Of a stretch of DNA of 64,000 nt, positions 22,410-32,010 are shown piece by piece. The position numbers and the translations under genes were made by a program. The stretch is from Arcobacter sp. GTDB lineage: Bacteria; Acidobacteriota; Terriglobia; Bryobacterales; Bryobacteraceae. Within the stretch, counting starts at the first letter, position 1. Every line of letters starts with the position of its first letter. The DNA is taken from positions 5,700 through 69,699 of the forward strand of contig DYJN01000016.1 in assembly GCA_020723085.1 (NCBI GenBank), read 5' to 3'. Under the pieces are notes generated by a model. That model made no database searches. It saw only the letters and a list, made by a program, of their open reading frames with translations, and had not been told where the DNA came from.

Positions 22410-24290
22410 CTATTGCACTTTCAGCCGTAGCACCGCGCTGCCTGTCACCAGGCTGTCCAGCGGCATCTCTCCCAGCGGCAGCACGGTTTCGGGCGTGGCC
22501 AGCGCGCGCCCCGGCGAGCGCGGGTTCTGCATCACGGCCAGCACCGACGGCGGCACGTCACGCAGCGCCTGATCTTCCCTGTACACCGTGGGCCTGCTGG
22601 TCAGCAGCGATATGTAGAGCCGGTCGTTGCTGCGTTCCTGCCTCAGCAGCGACGCCGTCTGCGCCAGGCTCAGCGGATGGCTCGCCATTGCCGCCATCGC
22701 TTGCGGGCGGTTCAGCACGGCTGCATTGCTGACCAGAATCCGGTATTCGCCCCGGGCCAGATTGCCCGGCACGCGGAAGCGGAACTCCCGCGTCTGCCGC
22801 TCCCCGCGCCACGGCCGCAGCGTGATCCGCGCCGCCACTTCCTCGCCCGGCGCCGCCTCGCCCTTCTCCAGCCACGCGCTTTCGATCGCCGTTTCCAGCC
22901 TCCGCGGCCTCATCTCGAGCACCGCTTCCACCCGCTTCACCCTCGGCTCTTCCTGCGGGTTCTGGAACAGCCGGTTGAACTTGTCGGCCCACCATGCGGC
23001 AAGCTGCATCGGCGCCGGCGCCGGTCCGGCTCCCGACGGGACCATCGTCGACAGCTTCAGCGGCTCCAGTCCCTCGCAGTCGATCGCTCCTTCCAGCCTG
23101 TAAGTGGCTTCGTCCGCCGCGCTCGAGTTCAGATCCTGGAGAGTGTTGTGCGTGGTCAGCATCATCAGGAACGGCGTCCACCGCGGGTGGATGAACACGT
23201 TGTACCGGTAGGTCTTCTCTTCCACCGGCCCGCCCGGCAGCGGCTGCGTGCGCACCTTCAGCGAAACCGGGATCGTCGCGGCCGTGGCGCCAAGCTCGCC
23301 CATGATGCCGGAATGCCGGTCCTGCCGCAGCGCACCCACGATCTCCGTCATATTGGCGAACTTGTTCGGCTGGAACTGCGAACTCAGCACCATCAGCACC
23401 TCGCCCTTCGCCATCGGCATGTCCACCGGGCCCAGGTTGAAGAAGCTGTGGCCGAAGCCCAGCACGCGCTTGCCGTCGTTGTAAGTGACGGTCCCGAGCC
23501 CCGTCACCGTCATGTCCCCGCTCACCAGCACGCCTGCGATCGCTTCCCCCGGCTGCAGCGCCTTCTGCCAGCCCGGCGCCGGGCGCGTGTCATACACCGC
23601 GCCCGCCGCGCCGCCATGCACCGCCGCCACGCCCATCTGCTCGAAGAACGGTTGGAATTCGCGCAGTGTCGATTCGTGGAAGCCCGCCAGCGCCAGCGGC
23701 GTCTCGATCGGCACGAGCCGCACCCCTCCGCCCAGCACGGACGCCGGCGCCGCCAGTTCCGTGCGCGCCGCCGCCGTCTGCGGCGTCTTCGGATTCATGG
23801 GCCGTGAGGCGTCGATGGCGCTGATCTCCAGCATCTGCTCGATCGGCGTGATGCCGCAGATGGCGTCCGGTGAGAATACGCTGATCCGCAGCGCGATCGC
23901 GCCCGCCAGCTTGCCGTCCACGTACACCGGGCTGCCGCTCATCCCGCCCGCCACGTTGGTCTGCGCCGCCTTGCCTCCCAGCTTGGCGAGAATCACGTCC
24001 TGCCGCGGCCCCCACGCGTTTTTCCACAACCCAATGATCTCCACCGGCACCGCCTCGGGCTGCGCGCCCTGAAACACCGTCCACGCCACGCCCTTCATCC
24101 CCGGACGGATCTCGGCCGTCTTCAGGATCTCCACCGGCCCCGCCACAGGGCGCGGAGGCTTCTCTCCATGCCAGGCGGGCGCCTCGCCATACGGGCTGTG
24201 GCGGACTGCCGCAATCTCGCTGTTCGCGCCCTGCGCCCTTGCGGCCGGCGCAACGGCCAGTGCGCACAGCAATGCCCAAACGGTTTTCAT
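22410..24290 (-). CDS. Peptidase S55 (SpoIVB-like) domain protein, secreted
   Basis: 626 aa with signal peptide MKTVWALLCALAVAPAARAQ. The GGMSGSPVYVDGKLAGAI motif matches the serine-nucleophile region of SpoIVB-type S55 peptidases. A long C-terminal region (~400 aa) has unknown function. Confidence 0.7.
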   Translation of the reverse strand: MKTVWALLCALAVAPAARAQGANSEIAAVRHSPYGEAPAWHGEKPPRPVAGPVEILKTAEIRPGMKGVAWTVFQGAQPEAVPVEIIGLWKNAWGPRQDVILAKLGGKAAQTNVAGGMSGSPVYVDGKLAGAIALRISVFSPDAICGITPIEQMLEISAIDASRPMNPKTPQTAAARTELAAPASVLGGGVRLVPIETPLALAGFHESTLREFQPFFEQMGVAAVHGGAAGAVYDTRPAPGWQKALQPGEAIAGVLVSGDMTVTGLGTVTYNDGKRVLGFGHSFFNLGPVDMPMAKGEVLMVLSSQFQPNKFANMTEIVGALRQDRHSGIMGELGATAATIPVSLKVRTQPLPGGPVEEKTYRYNVFIHPRWTPFLMMLTTHNTLQDLNSSAADEATYRLEGAIDCEGLEPLKLSTMVPSGAGPAPAPMQLAAWWADKFNRLFQNPQEEPRVKRVEAVLEMRPRRLETAIESAWLEKGEAAPGEEVAARITLRPWRGERQTREFRFRVPGNLARGEYRILVSNAAVLNRPQAMAAMASHPLSLAQTASLLRQERSNDRLYISLLTSRPTVYREDQALRDVPPSVLAVMQNPRSPGRALATPETVLPLGEMPLDSLVTGSAVLRLKVQ

Positions 24291-24381
24291 TCCAGGTCTC
24301 TTTTCCGTGCTGACAGACTCCAGCTCTGTTTCAATTATCGGCTACTTTCTTCGATGCCGGAGCGTCTGTTCCTGTTCCGTT

Positions 24382-24972
24382 TCAATTCGCTGGTTCGGCT
24401 GCGGGCGTCATGGGATGCGGCTGCGGCTGAGGCTGTGGCTGTGGCTGAGGCGCCGGCGCCCTGTACCGGCACCCGGGGTATGTCTCAGCCGGAAGCCCAA
24501 GCGCCGTCACGTTCAGCCCCGGCAGCGGTGCGTCCACCAGCTTCGCCCCGTCCGCCTCCACGATCACCGGCAGCAGCCGGTATGCCTGTTCGAGCACCGC
24601 CAGCTTCGCCCGTTGCGGCTCGGTCATCAGTGTCCTCGCCCGCTCGTGCAGCTTGCGGTCCATGTCCCGGCTCTCCCGGCAGATCGCTTCCAGTTCCAGG
24701 TAGCGCAGCCCCAGCGCGATCGGATCCAGCACCTCAGCCAGCGTCTCGTCGCGCAGTTCGCTCTCCACCTGCGCTACGCGCCGGCTCTTGGCTGCCAGAA
24801 ACCGGCCCCATTCCGCCTGAATCTGCACCAGCTCCAGGACCTGCTGGGGCGTCAGCTCCAGATATCTCCCGATCTGCGGCCAGAGGCGGACCGGCGCCGC
24901 ATCGCCCGGAGTCTGCGCTGCCGCCGGCCACGCCGCCAGCAGGGCCGCGAGAATACAGAGTGCGTGCTTCAT
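24382..24972 (-). CDS. Periplasmic Spy/CpxP-like (LTXXQ motif) protein with PQ-repeat tail
   Basis: 196 aa with a signal peptide. LTPQQVLEL and MTEPQRAKL are LTXXQ-type motifs in predicted helices. GGGAGGAG SD lies before ATG 24972. Confidence 0.6.
   Translation of the reverse strand: MKHALCILAALLAAWPAAAQTPGDAAPVRLWPQIGRYLELTPQQVLELVQIQAEWGRFLAAKSRRVAQVESELRDETLAEVLDPIALGLRYLELEAICRESRDMDRKLHERARTLMTEPQRAKLAVLEQAYRLLPVIVEADGAKLVDAPLPGLNVTALGLPAETYPGCRYRAPAPQPQPQPQPQPHPMTPAAEPAN
24421..24450 (-). repeat. Tandem hexanucleotide repeat encoding (Pro-Gln)x5
   Basis: The minus strand reads CCTCAG CCACAG CCACAG CCTCAG CCGCAG. This lies near the 3' end of the LTXXQ gene and gives the tail ...APAPQPQPQPQPQPHP.... 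Confidence 0.85.
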
Positions 24973-25019
24973 GATCTGCTCCTCCCGCGCCTGGCCGGAG
25001 CCTGCTCCAGCCGCGCGGG

Positions 25020-25025
25020 TACAAT
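25020..25025 (+). promoter_or_regulatory. -10-like hexamer TACAAT upstream of nadE
   Basis: TACAAT lies 19 nt upstream of ATG 25044. No convincing -35 box or SD is present, which implies a very short leader. Confidence 0.3.
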
Positions 25026-25043
25026 GAAAGTCTCTCCCTTACT

Positions 25044-26693
25044 ATGCGCATCGCTCTTTGCCAGATCAACCCCACTGTGGGCGACCTGGCAGGCAATCTC
25101 GGACTGGTGCTCGATGCCGCCCGCCGCGCCGCCTCGCGCGGCGCCGCTCTCGCCGTCTTCCCTGAACTCGTTCTTGCCGGTTATCCGCCCCGCGACCTGC
25201 TGGAAAAAGAGTCCTTCCGCCGCCGCTCCCTCGAGGCGCTGGATCAGCTCGTCGCCGCCAGCGCTTCCATCCCGTGCGGGATCGTCGCCGGCTACGTCGG
25301 CGCTGCGCCCCCGGGCTCGCGCCGTAGCGCCGCCAACTCCGCCGCCCTCATCGAAAACGGCCGGCTCCTGGCCTCCCAGTCCAAAATGCTGCTGCCCACG
25401 TACGACGTCTTCGATGAAGGCCGCTACTTCCAGCCCGCCGCCTCGCAGCAGGTCTGCGAATTCCGCGGGATGCGGCTCGGCATCACCATCTGCGAGGACG
25501 CCTGGAACGACAAGCAGTTCTGGGACCGCCCCCTCTATGACAGCGATCCCGTCGAATCGCTTGTCTCCCAGGGCGCCCAGATCATCCTCTCCATCAACGG
25601 CTCGCCCTATGACATCAGCAAGCGCGCCCTGCGCCGCCAGATGTTCTCCGCCATGGCCCGCCGCCACCGCCTGCCCCATGCTTACGTCAACATGGTCGGC
25701 GGCAACGACCAGCTCATCTTCGACGGATCCAGCTTCGCGGTCGATCCCGCCGGACGGATCGCCGCCGCCGCGCCCTCCTTCCGCGAAGACATCGTCCTCT
25801 TCGACGCCCTGTCCGGCGAGGGCGAAATCCGCGAGTCCCATCCCGATGAGATCGAGGCCGCCTATGACGCTCTCGTGCTCGGCACCCGCGACTACATCGC
25901 CAAATGCGGATTCCGCAGCGTCCTCGTCGGCCTGAGCGGCGGCATCGACTCCACTCTGGTCGCCTGCATCGCCGCCGGCGCCGTCGGTCCCGAGAACGTC
26001 ACCGGCGTCTCCATGCCCGGCCCCTACTCTTCCGATCACAGCCTCTCCGACGCCCGCGCCCTTGCCCGGAATCTCGGCATCCGCTACGAAGTCATTCCCA
26101 TCACTCCCGCCTACGAAACCCTCCTCGCCACCTTCGCGTCCGTCTTCGCAGGCGCCCAGCCGGACGTGACCGAGGAAAACATCCAGTCGCGCCTCCGTGG
26201 CCTCGCTCTCATGGCTCTCTCCAACAAGTGGGGCGCGCTCGTCCTGACCACCGGCAACAAGAGCGAAGTCGCCGTCGGCTATTGCACCCTCTACGGCGAC
26301 ATGGCGGGCGGCCTCGCCGTCATCAGCGATGTGCCCAAGACCATGGTCTACGAACTCTGCCGCCGCGTGAACGCCCGCCGCCCCGGCACGATCCCGGAAA
26401 ACGTCTTCCTCAAGCCTCCCTCCGCCGAACTCCGCCCGAACCAGAAGGACTCCGATTCGCTCCCCGAATATGATGTCCTCGATCCAATCCTCAAGGCCTA
26501 CATCGAGGAGATGAAGTCTCCCTCGCAGATCGCCGCTGAGCTCGGCCTCCCGCTCGACCTCGTCCGCGGCATCATCAATCGCGTCGACCGCAACGAATAC
26601 AAACGCCAGCAGGCAGCTCCCGGCCTCAAGGTCACCACCAAGGCCTTCGGCATGGGGCGCCGCTTCCCCATCGCGCAAAGGTTCTACGAATGA
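25044..26693 (+). CDS. nadE: Glutamine-dependent NAD+ synthetase
   Basis: 549 aa. The N-terminal CN-hydrolase domain starts MRIALCQINPTVGD.... The C-terminal NAD synthetase domain carries the LSGGIDS PP-loop. Confidence 0.95.
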   Translation: MRIALCQINPTVGDLAGNLGLVLDAARRAASRGAALAVFPELVLAGYPPRDLLEKESFRRRSLEALDQLVAASASIPCGIVAGYVGAAPPGSRRSAANSAALIENGRLLASQSKMLLPTYDVFDEGRYFQPAASQQVCEFRGMRLGITICEDAWNDKQFWDRPLYDSDPVESLVSQGAQIILSINGSPYDISKRALRRQMFSAMARRHRLPHAYVNMVGGNDQLIFDGSSFAVDPAGRIAAAAPSFREDIVLFDALSGEGEIRESHPDEIEAAYDALVLGTRDYIAKCGFRSVLVGLSGGIDSTLVACIAAGAVGPENVTGVSMPGPYSSDHSLSDARALARNLGIRYEVIPITPAYETLLATFASVFAGAQPDVTEENIQSRLRGLALMALSNKWGALVLTTGNKSEVAVGYCTLYGDMAGGLAVISDVPKTMVYELCRRVNARRPGTIPENVFLKPPSAELRPNQKDSDSLPEYDVLDPILKAYIEEMKSPSQIAAELGLPLDLVRGIINRVDRNEYKRQQAAPGLKVTTKAFGMGRRFPIAQRFYE

Positions 26694-29185
26694 GATTCCT
26701 GCTTCGGCTTTCCCTGCCGGCCCTCTTCCTTCTGGCTGCGGGTTGGCTCGCCTCTCAGCCGCCCCAGCCCGAGCGTGTCGGTCCTCTGCCGGAAGGCGGG
26801 TTCCTGCTGAACTCTGGCTGGCTCCTTCGCCCTGCCGGCGAGCAGATCCCCTTGAGCACCATGCCCATGGCCAGCGCCCTCTCGCCCGATGGCAAATTCC
26901 TCGCCATCCTCCAGGGCGGCTACCTGCCGCCGTCGGTCAGCATCCACGACGCCGCTACGCTCCGCAAAGTCTCGGAAGTCCCGCTGCCCGACGCATGGCT
27001 CGGCCTCGCCTTCGCCCCGCAGGGCGGCCTGCTCTATGTGAGCGGCGGCTCGCGCGCCGCCATTTACGAACTCGCGCTGCTCCCTGACGGCACGCTCGAG
27101 AAACGCCGGGAATTTCCCGTCGTATCCGAAAAAGACCGCACCCACACCGACTTCGTCGGCGATCTCGCTCTCTCTCCCGACGGCCGCCTCCTCTACATCG
27201 CGGCGCTCCACCGCGACATGGTCTACGTCGTCAACCCGCAGTCCGGCATGGTCATCGAGCGCTGGAAAACCGCCCACCGCCCTTACCGGATCCGGTTCCA
27301 TCCCGACGGCAAGAGCTTCTTCGTCACCGGCTGGGGCGACGGTACGCTCCGCCAGCATTTCGCTGATTCCGGCGAGGAAGTCGCGCGCTACATCACCGGT
27401 CCGCAGCCGATGGACATGCTCTGGCGCCTGAAGCCCGCCACCGCCGAGCAGGACGGAGAAACGCCCCCTTATACGGCGCGCCTGTTCGTCACCGTCTCCG
27501 GTTCGAATCTCGTGCAGGTGTTCGGACTCGCCGCCGGCGGCTTGTTGCGCCGCGTCGAATCGATCAGCGTCGCCCTCTACCGCGACTTCCCCGAACTTGC
27601 CGGCATGACCCCCAGCGCGCTGGCCCTCTCCCCCGATGAAGACCGCCTCTATGTCGTCTGCTCGGACGCGAACGCCGTCGCGCGCGTCAACCTCAGCGGG
27701 CGCCGCAGTGTCGTCGAGGGCTTCATCCCCGCTGGATGGTACCCGCTTGCCGCCCGCGTGCTCCCCTCCGGCAAGCTGTTGGTCCTGAACGGACGCGGCG
27801 GCGGCTCGTTCCCCAACCGGCAGGGACCCAATCCTCTCGTCCGCCGCGCCGTGCTCCATGAAGGCAACGTCGCCGTCCAATACGTCGCCGCCATCCAGCG
27901 CGGCTCCGCCACCCTTCTCGACGAGCCCGCGCCGGACCAGTTGGCGCAGTTCACTCAGCGGGTCCTCGACAACGCTCCCTGGCGCCGCACCCGCCCCATG
28001 CAGTCGCCTCCGCAGGGCCATCCCCTCGAAAACGGCGGCGCCGAATGCCCTATCCGCCACGTCATCTACGTCGTCAAGGAGAACCGCACCTACGACCAAG
28101 TCCTCGGCGATCTCGGCATCGGCGACGGCGACCCTTCCCTCACCCTTTTCGGTGAAGAGGTCACTCCCAACCAACACCGCCTTGCCCGCGACTTCGTCCT
28201 CCTCGACAACTTTTACGTCAACGCCGACGTCAGCGCCGACGGCCACAACTGGTCCAGCGCCGCCATCGCCCCCGCCTACGTCCAGCGCATGTGGCCCAAC
28301 TCCTACGCCGCCCGCCGCCGCCACTACGACTATGAAGGCGGCGAGCGCGCCGCCCTGCCTCCCGCCGGCTACATCTGGAGCAACGCCATCCAGGCGGGCC
28401 TCAGCTTCCGCAACTACGGCTGGTGGGCCTCCAACATCACCCCTGCCCCGGCCTCCGGACGCCAGATCGCCTCCGTCCGCGACCCCTCACTGGCCCAGCA
28501 CACCAACATGGATTTCCGGGGCTTTGACCTCGACTACCCGGACGTAGAACGAGTCAAGGTCTTTCTCAGGGATCTGGAAGAATTCGAGCGCCGCGGCCGG
28601 ATGCCCCGCTTCATCACGCTCCGCGTCGGCAACGATCACACCTCCGGCGTCGCCGCCGGCAAGATCGCTCCGAAATCCGCCGTCGCCGACAACGACCTCG
28701 CCCTCGGCATGCTCGTCGAATCCGTCTCGAAGTCCCGCTTCTGGCCCGCCACCGCCGTCTTCGTCCTCGAAGACGACGCCCAGAACGGCAGCGACCACGT
28801 CGATTCCCACCGCGCTCCAGCCTTCATCATTTCTCCTTACACCCGCGGCCGCGGCGTCGACTCCACCATGTACAACACCGTCAGCATGCTCCGCACCATC
28901 GAGCACATCCTCGGCCTCCGCCCCATGACCATTCACGACGCCACCGCCCGCCCCATGTGGGCTGCGTTCCTCGCAAGGCCCGATCTCCGGCCCTATCAGG
29001 CCGAAAAGCCCCGCGTCCCTCTCAACGAACGCAACCCGCAGTCCTCCCCCCTCGCCGCCCGCTCCGCCTCGCTGGATCTCAGCGAAGCCGACCGCATCGA
29101 CGACGACGAAATGAACCGCATTCTCTGGCTCGCGCTGCGCGGCACGGAGGCCCCGCCGCCCGTCCGGAGTTACTGGGGACGCTGA
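26690..29185 (+). CDS. Secreted bifunctional beta-propeller (YncE/lactonase-like) and phosphoesterase-family (PLC/acid phosphatase, PF04185-like) protein
   Basis: 831 aa with a signal peptide. N-terminal repeats include SPDGKFLAI and SPDGRLLYIA. The C-terminal half has HVIYVVKENRTYDQVLGDL and DHVDSHRAPAFIISPY, typical of the phosphoesterase family. Its ATG overlaps the nadE stop (ATGA). Confidence 0.8.
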   Translation: MRFLLRLSLPALFLLAAGWLASQPPQPERVGPLPEGGFLLNSGWLLRPAGEQIPLSTMPMASALSPDGKFLAILQGGYLPPSVSIHDAATLRKVSEVPLPDAWLGLAFAPQGGLLYVSGGSRAAIYELALLPDGTLEKRREFPVVSEKDRTHTDFVGDLALSPDGRLLYIAALHRDMVYVVNPQSGMVIERWKTAHRPYRIRFHPDGKSFFVTGWGDGTLRQHFADSGEEVARYITGPQPMDMLWRLKPATAEQDGETPPYTARLFVTVSGSNLVQVFGLAAGGLLRRVESISVALYRDFPELAGMTPSALALSPDEDRLYVVCSDANAVARVNLSGRRSVVEGFIPAGWYPLAARVLPSGKLLVLNGRGGGSFPNRQGPNPLVRRAVLHEGNVAVQYVAAIQRGSATLLDEPAPDQLAQFTQRVLDNAPWRRTRPMQSPPQGHPLENGGAECPIRHVIYVVKENRTYDQVLGDLGIGDGDPSLTLFGEEVTPNQHRLARDFVLLDNFYVNADVSADGHNWSSAAIAPAYVQRMWPNSYAARRRHYDYEGGERAALPPAGYIWSNAIQAGLSFRNYGWWASNITPAPASGRQIASVRDPSLAQHTNMDFRGFDLDYPDVERVKVFLRDLEEFERRGRMPRFITLRVGNDHTSGVAAGKIAPKSAVADNDLALGMLVESVSKSRFWPATAVFVLEDDAQNGSDHVDSHRAPAFIISPYTRGRGVDSTMYNTVSMLRTIEHILGLRPMTIHDATARPMWAAFLARPDLRPYQAEKPRVPLNERNPQSSPLAARSASLDLSEADRIDDDEMNRILWLALRGTEAPPPVRSYWGR

Positions 29186-31332
29186 TGGCCCACACTTACC
29201 TCGTCTTTGTCTGGCACATGCACCAGCCCTTCTACAAGGACTTGGCCACGGGTGAATACCAGCTTCCCTGGACCCGCCTGCACGCCCTCAAGGACTACTA
29301 CGGCATGGCCGCCATCCTCGACGAGTTCCCCAAAATCCGCCAGACGTTCAACCTCGTCCCCTCCATGCTCGTCCAGATCGAGGAGTATGCCGAGGGCCGC
29401 GCCGCCGATCCCTTCCTCCGCCTCGCCCTCAAACCCGCCGAGGAGCTCACAGGACCCGAGACCGAGTTCATCCTCAAATACTTTTTCCAGGCCAACCCCG
29501 GCCGCGTCATCCGGCGGTATCCGCGTTACTCCGAGCTTTATGAAATGTGGCGCGCCGGCCATGCCAACCCCGCCGGGCTCGCCCGCCGCATGGGCGCCGC
29601 CGGACTGCGCGACCTCCAGGTCCTGTCCCAGCTCGCCTGGTTCGACGAGATCTTTCTCGAGAACGATCCCGAAGTCCGCGCCCTCGCCGCCAAAGGCAGG
29701 GATTATTCGCTGGAAGACCAGCGCCTCATCGGCCGCAAGGAGCAGGAGATCTGCGGCCTCGTCATTCCCACTTATAAACGCCTCGCCGCCGCCCGCCGCA
29801 TCGAACTCTCCGTCACGCCCTTTTACCATCCCATCCTGCCGCTGCTGTGCGACTCCAACATCGCCAGCGTTTCCCAGCCCGGAGCGCCGCTGCCGCGCCG
29901 CTTCCGCTATCCGGAGGACGCCCGCGTGCAGATCGAAACGGCCCTTGGCTACGCCCGCCGGAAGCTCGGAGTCCAGCCCGCCGGGATGTGGCCCAGCGAG
30001 GGCAGCGTCTCCGATGAGGTGCTCGCCCTCGCCGCGGATCTCGGCGTCCGCTGGATGGCCACCGACAACGGCGTCCTCGGCGCCACTGTTGGCCGCCTCG
30101 CCGGCGTCTCGGAAACCTGCCGCCCCTATCTCTGGCGCCGGGACGGCCGCGAAATGCAGCTGATCTTCCGCGACCACTTCCTCAGCGACCTGATCGGCTT
30201 CGTCTACTCGCGCATGGAGCCCGCCGCCGCCGCCCACCACTTCCTGGACCGCATCCGCGAAAACGCGCGCGTCGTTCATCGCGAAGGCCGCGACGCCCTC
30301 ATCCCTGTCATCCTCGACGGGGAAAACGCCTGGGAATACTACGAGCGCAGCGGCAGGCCCTTCCTCAAGACCCTCTACCAGCTCATCAGCCAGGATCCCG
30401 GCATCTCCGCCGTCACCGTCAGCGAGGCCCTCGAGAAACTTCCCGCCGCCGAGATCCCCCGCATTCACCCCGGCTCCTGGATCAACGCCAACTTCGAAGT
30501 CTGGATCGGCCACGAGGAAGACAACACAGCCTGGGAGTACCTGCTGGAGGCCCGGGAAACCTACGAACGCGTCACCCAGAGCCCCGAAGGCGCAGCCCTC
30601 TCTGAAGAGCAGAAACGCCTCGCTTTCCAGGAGCTCCTCATCGCCGAAGGCAGCGACTGGTGCTGGTGGTACGGCCCCCACCACCATACGGAGAACCGCG
30701 CCGAGTTCGACCAGCTCTTCCGCTCCCACCTCGCCCAGTGCTACCGCGCTTTGGGCAAGACCCCGCCGGCGGCGCTCTCCCGCCCCATCGCCCATGTCCC
30801 CGCCGAGGCGTTCCATCAGGTGCCCTGCGGGTTCATCGAACCCACCATCGACGGCGAAGTCTCGTCCTACTTCGAGTGGCTAGGTTCCGGCGTCTACCGC
30901 CCCGATCACCGCCAGGGCGCCATGCACGGCCGCTCCGCGCTGCTCCACGAACTCCGCTTCGGCAGCGACGGCAGCCGCCTGTTTGTCCGCGCCGACATGG
31001 AACAGTCCAGCCCCGGCGCCTTGACCGGGCTCGAACTCCGCCTCGCCGTCCGCGCCGCAAACGCCGAAACCGAATTCCGCTTCACCCTCGGCAGCGGCGG
31101 CGCATGCCTCGCTTCCATGTCCGGGCGCGGCGCGCGCCACGCCCTCCCGCAACCCGCCTGCGCCCACCTCCGCATCTTCGAATGCGCCATCGACTTGGCC
31201 GGAATCGACGCTTCTCCTGCCGCCCCCCTCCAGATCCAGGTCTCCCTCTGGCGCGAAGGACTCCCCCTGGAGGCTGCGCCCCCTCACGGCTGGATCGAAT
31301 TCGTCCCCGGCGAGCCCGCCGAATGGGAGTGA
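29185..31332 (+). CDS. Glycoside hydrolase family 57 protein (alpha-amylase/branching-enzyme-like)
   Basis: 715 aa from MAHTYLVFVWHMHQPFYKD..., the GH57 N-terminal HQP motif. The ATG at 29185 overlaps the upstream TGA (TGATG). The track ORF start at 28957 is an out-of-context extension. Confidence 0.85.
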   Translation: MAHTYLVFVWHMHQPFYKDLATGEYQLPWTRLHALKDYYGMAAILDEFPKIRQTFNLVPSMLVQIEEYAEGRAADPFLRLALKPAEELTGPETEFILKYFFQANPGRVIRRYPRYSELYEMWRAGHANPAGLARRMGAAGLRDLQVLSQLAWFDEIFLENDPEVRALAAKGRDYSLEDQRLIGRKEQEICGLVIPTYKRLAAARRIELSVTPFYHPILPLLCDSNIASVSQPGAPLPRRFRYPEDARVQIETALGYARRKLGVQPAGMWPSEGSVSDEVLALAADLGVRWMATDNGVLGATVGRLAGVSETCRPYLWRRDGREMQLIFRDHFLSDLIGFVYSRMEPAAAAHHFLDRIRENARVVHREGRDALIPVILDGENAWEYYERSGRPFLKTLYQLISQDPGISAVTVSEALEKLPAAEIPRIHPGSWINANFEVWIGHEEDNTAWEYLLEARETYERVTQSPEGAALSEEQKRLAFQELLIAEGSDWCWWYGPHHHTENRAEFDQLFRSHLAQCYRALGKTPPAALSRPIAHVPAEAFHQVPCGFIEPTIDGEVSSYFEWLGSGVYRPDHRQGAMHGRSALLHELRFGSDGSRLFVRADMEQSSPGALTGLELRLAVRAANAETEFRFTLGSGGACLASMSGRGARHALPQPACAHLRIFECAIDLAGIDASPAAPLQIQVSLWREGLPLEAAPPHGWIEFVPGEPAEWE

Positions 31333-31335
31333 TCT

Positions 31336-32010
31336 TTACTTGTTCCCGTAGGCGGAATACTTGTTCAACATGCTGATCAGCTTTTGGGCCGCCGCAGGCG
31401 CGTTCCGCTTCCCGCGCAAAACGTCTTTCCGATCCACGCCCGCCCCGTAGAGCGCCTCGTCCACGCTCTTGTCATCCCGCATCGTCGTGCCTTGCAGCGT
31501 CAGCCCCCCGAACACGCCCCGGGAACGGGACCACGACAGGATCTCCGCCCGCATCGTCACATCCGTTTGCGCGCTCGTCGAACGCCCCACCGGTCCCGCC
31601 GCGGCGCTCGCGTCCGCGCCCAGCGTGAACTTGCTCGACAGCAGCCGCTCCATTCCGCTTTGGTTCATCACCAGCATCACGATGTCCACCTCCGCACCGC
31701 CGATCTGCAGCCCGAACGACCCGCCCTCGAGGCGCACTCCTACCGGTCCTGTCCAGCCCTGCCCGCTCGGCATCCGGCACGAGGCGAATCCGCGGCCGTA
31801 CTTGCCTCCGAAAATGAATCCCGCCTTTTTCGCGCCCGGAATGATGATCGCGCATTGCGCCTTCGAAAACAGATCCTGCGGAATCGCCTTGTCCTCGATC
31901 GCCATGATCTCCTCGAGCACCGTCGCCGCGGCATGCAGGCGGTTGTTCTCCGCCTTGCCCGCCCACGCGGCGATGCTCAGACACATAAAGAAAAAACTCA
32001 GTTTGCGCAT
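31336..32010 (-). CDS. SYLF/Ysc84 (DUF500) lipid-binding domain protein, secreted
   Basis: 224 aa with a signal peptide. The segments GGKYGRGF...GGSFGLQIGGAEVDIVMLV...FTLGADASAAAGPVGR are typical of the SYLF domain. Confidence 0.8.
   Translation of the reverse strand: MRKLSFFFMCLSIAAWAGKAENNRLHAAATVLEEIMAIEDKAIPQDLFSKAQCAIIIPGAKKAGFIFGGKYGRGFASCRMPSGQGWTGPVGVRLEGGSFGLQIGGAEVDIVMLVMNQSGMERLLSSKFTLGADASAAAGPVGRSTSAQTDVTMRAEILSWSRSRGVFGGLTLQGTTMRDDKSVDEALYGAGVDRKDVLRGKRNAPAAAQKLISMLNKYSAYGNK

Noticed and set aside
20125-22572. 815-aa plus-strand ORF
   Set aside because: It is antisense to the beta-propeller gene and has Arg/Pro-rich low-complexity composition.
24990-25004. TGGCCGGAGCCTGCT upstream of nadE as a possible sigma-54 promoter
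   Set aside because: The GG-to-GC spacing is 9 nt rather than 10, and the -24 element is imperfect.
26684-30816. 546-aa and 548-aa minus-strand ORFs (26684..28324 and 29170..30816)
   Set aside because: They are antisense to the phosphoesterase and GH57 genes, with Gly/Ala/Asp-rich composition and no motifs.
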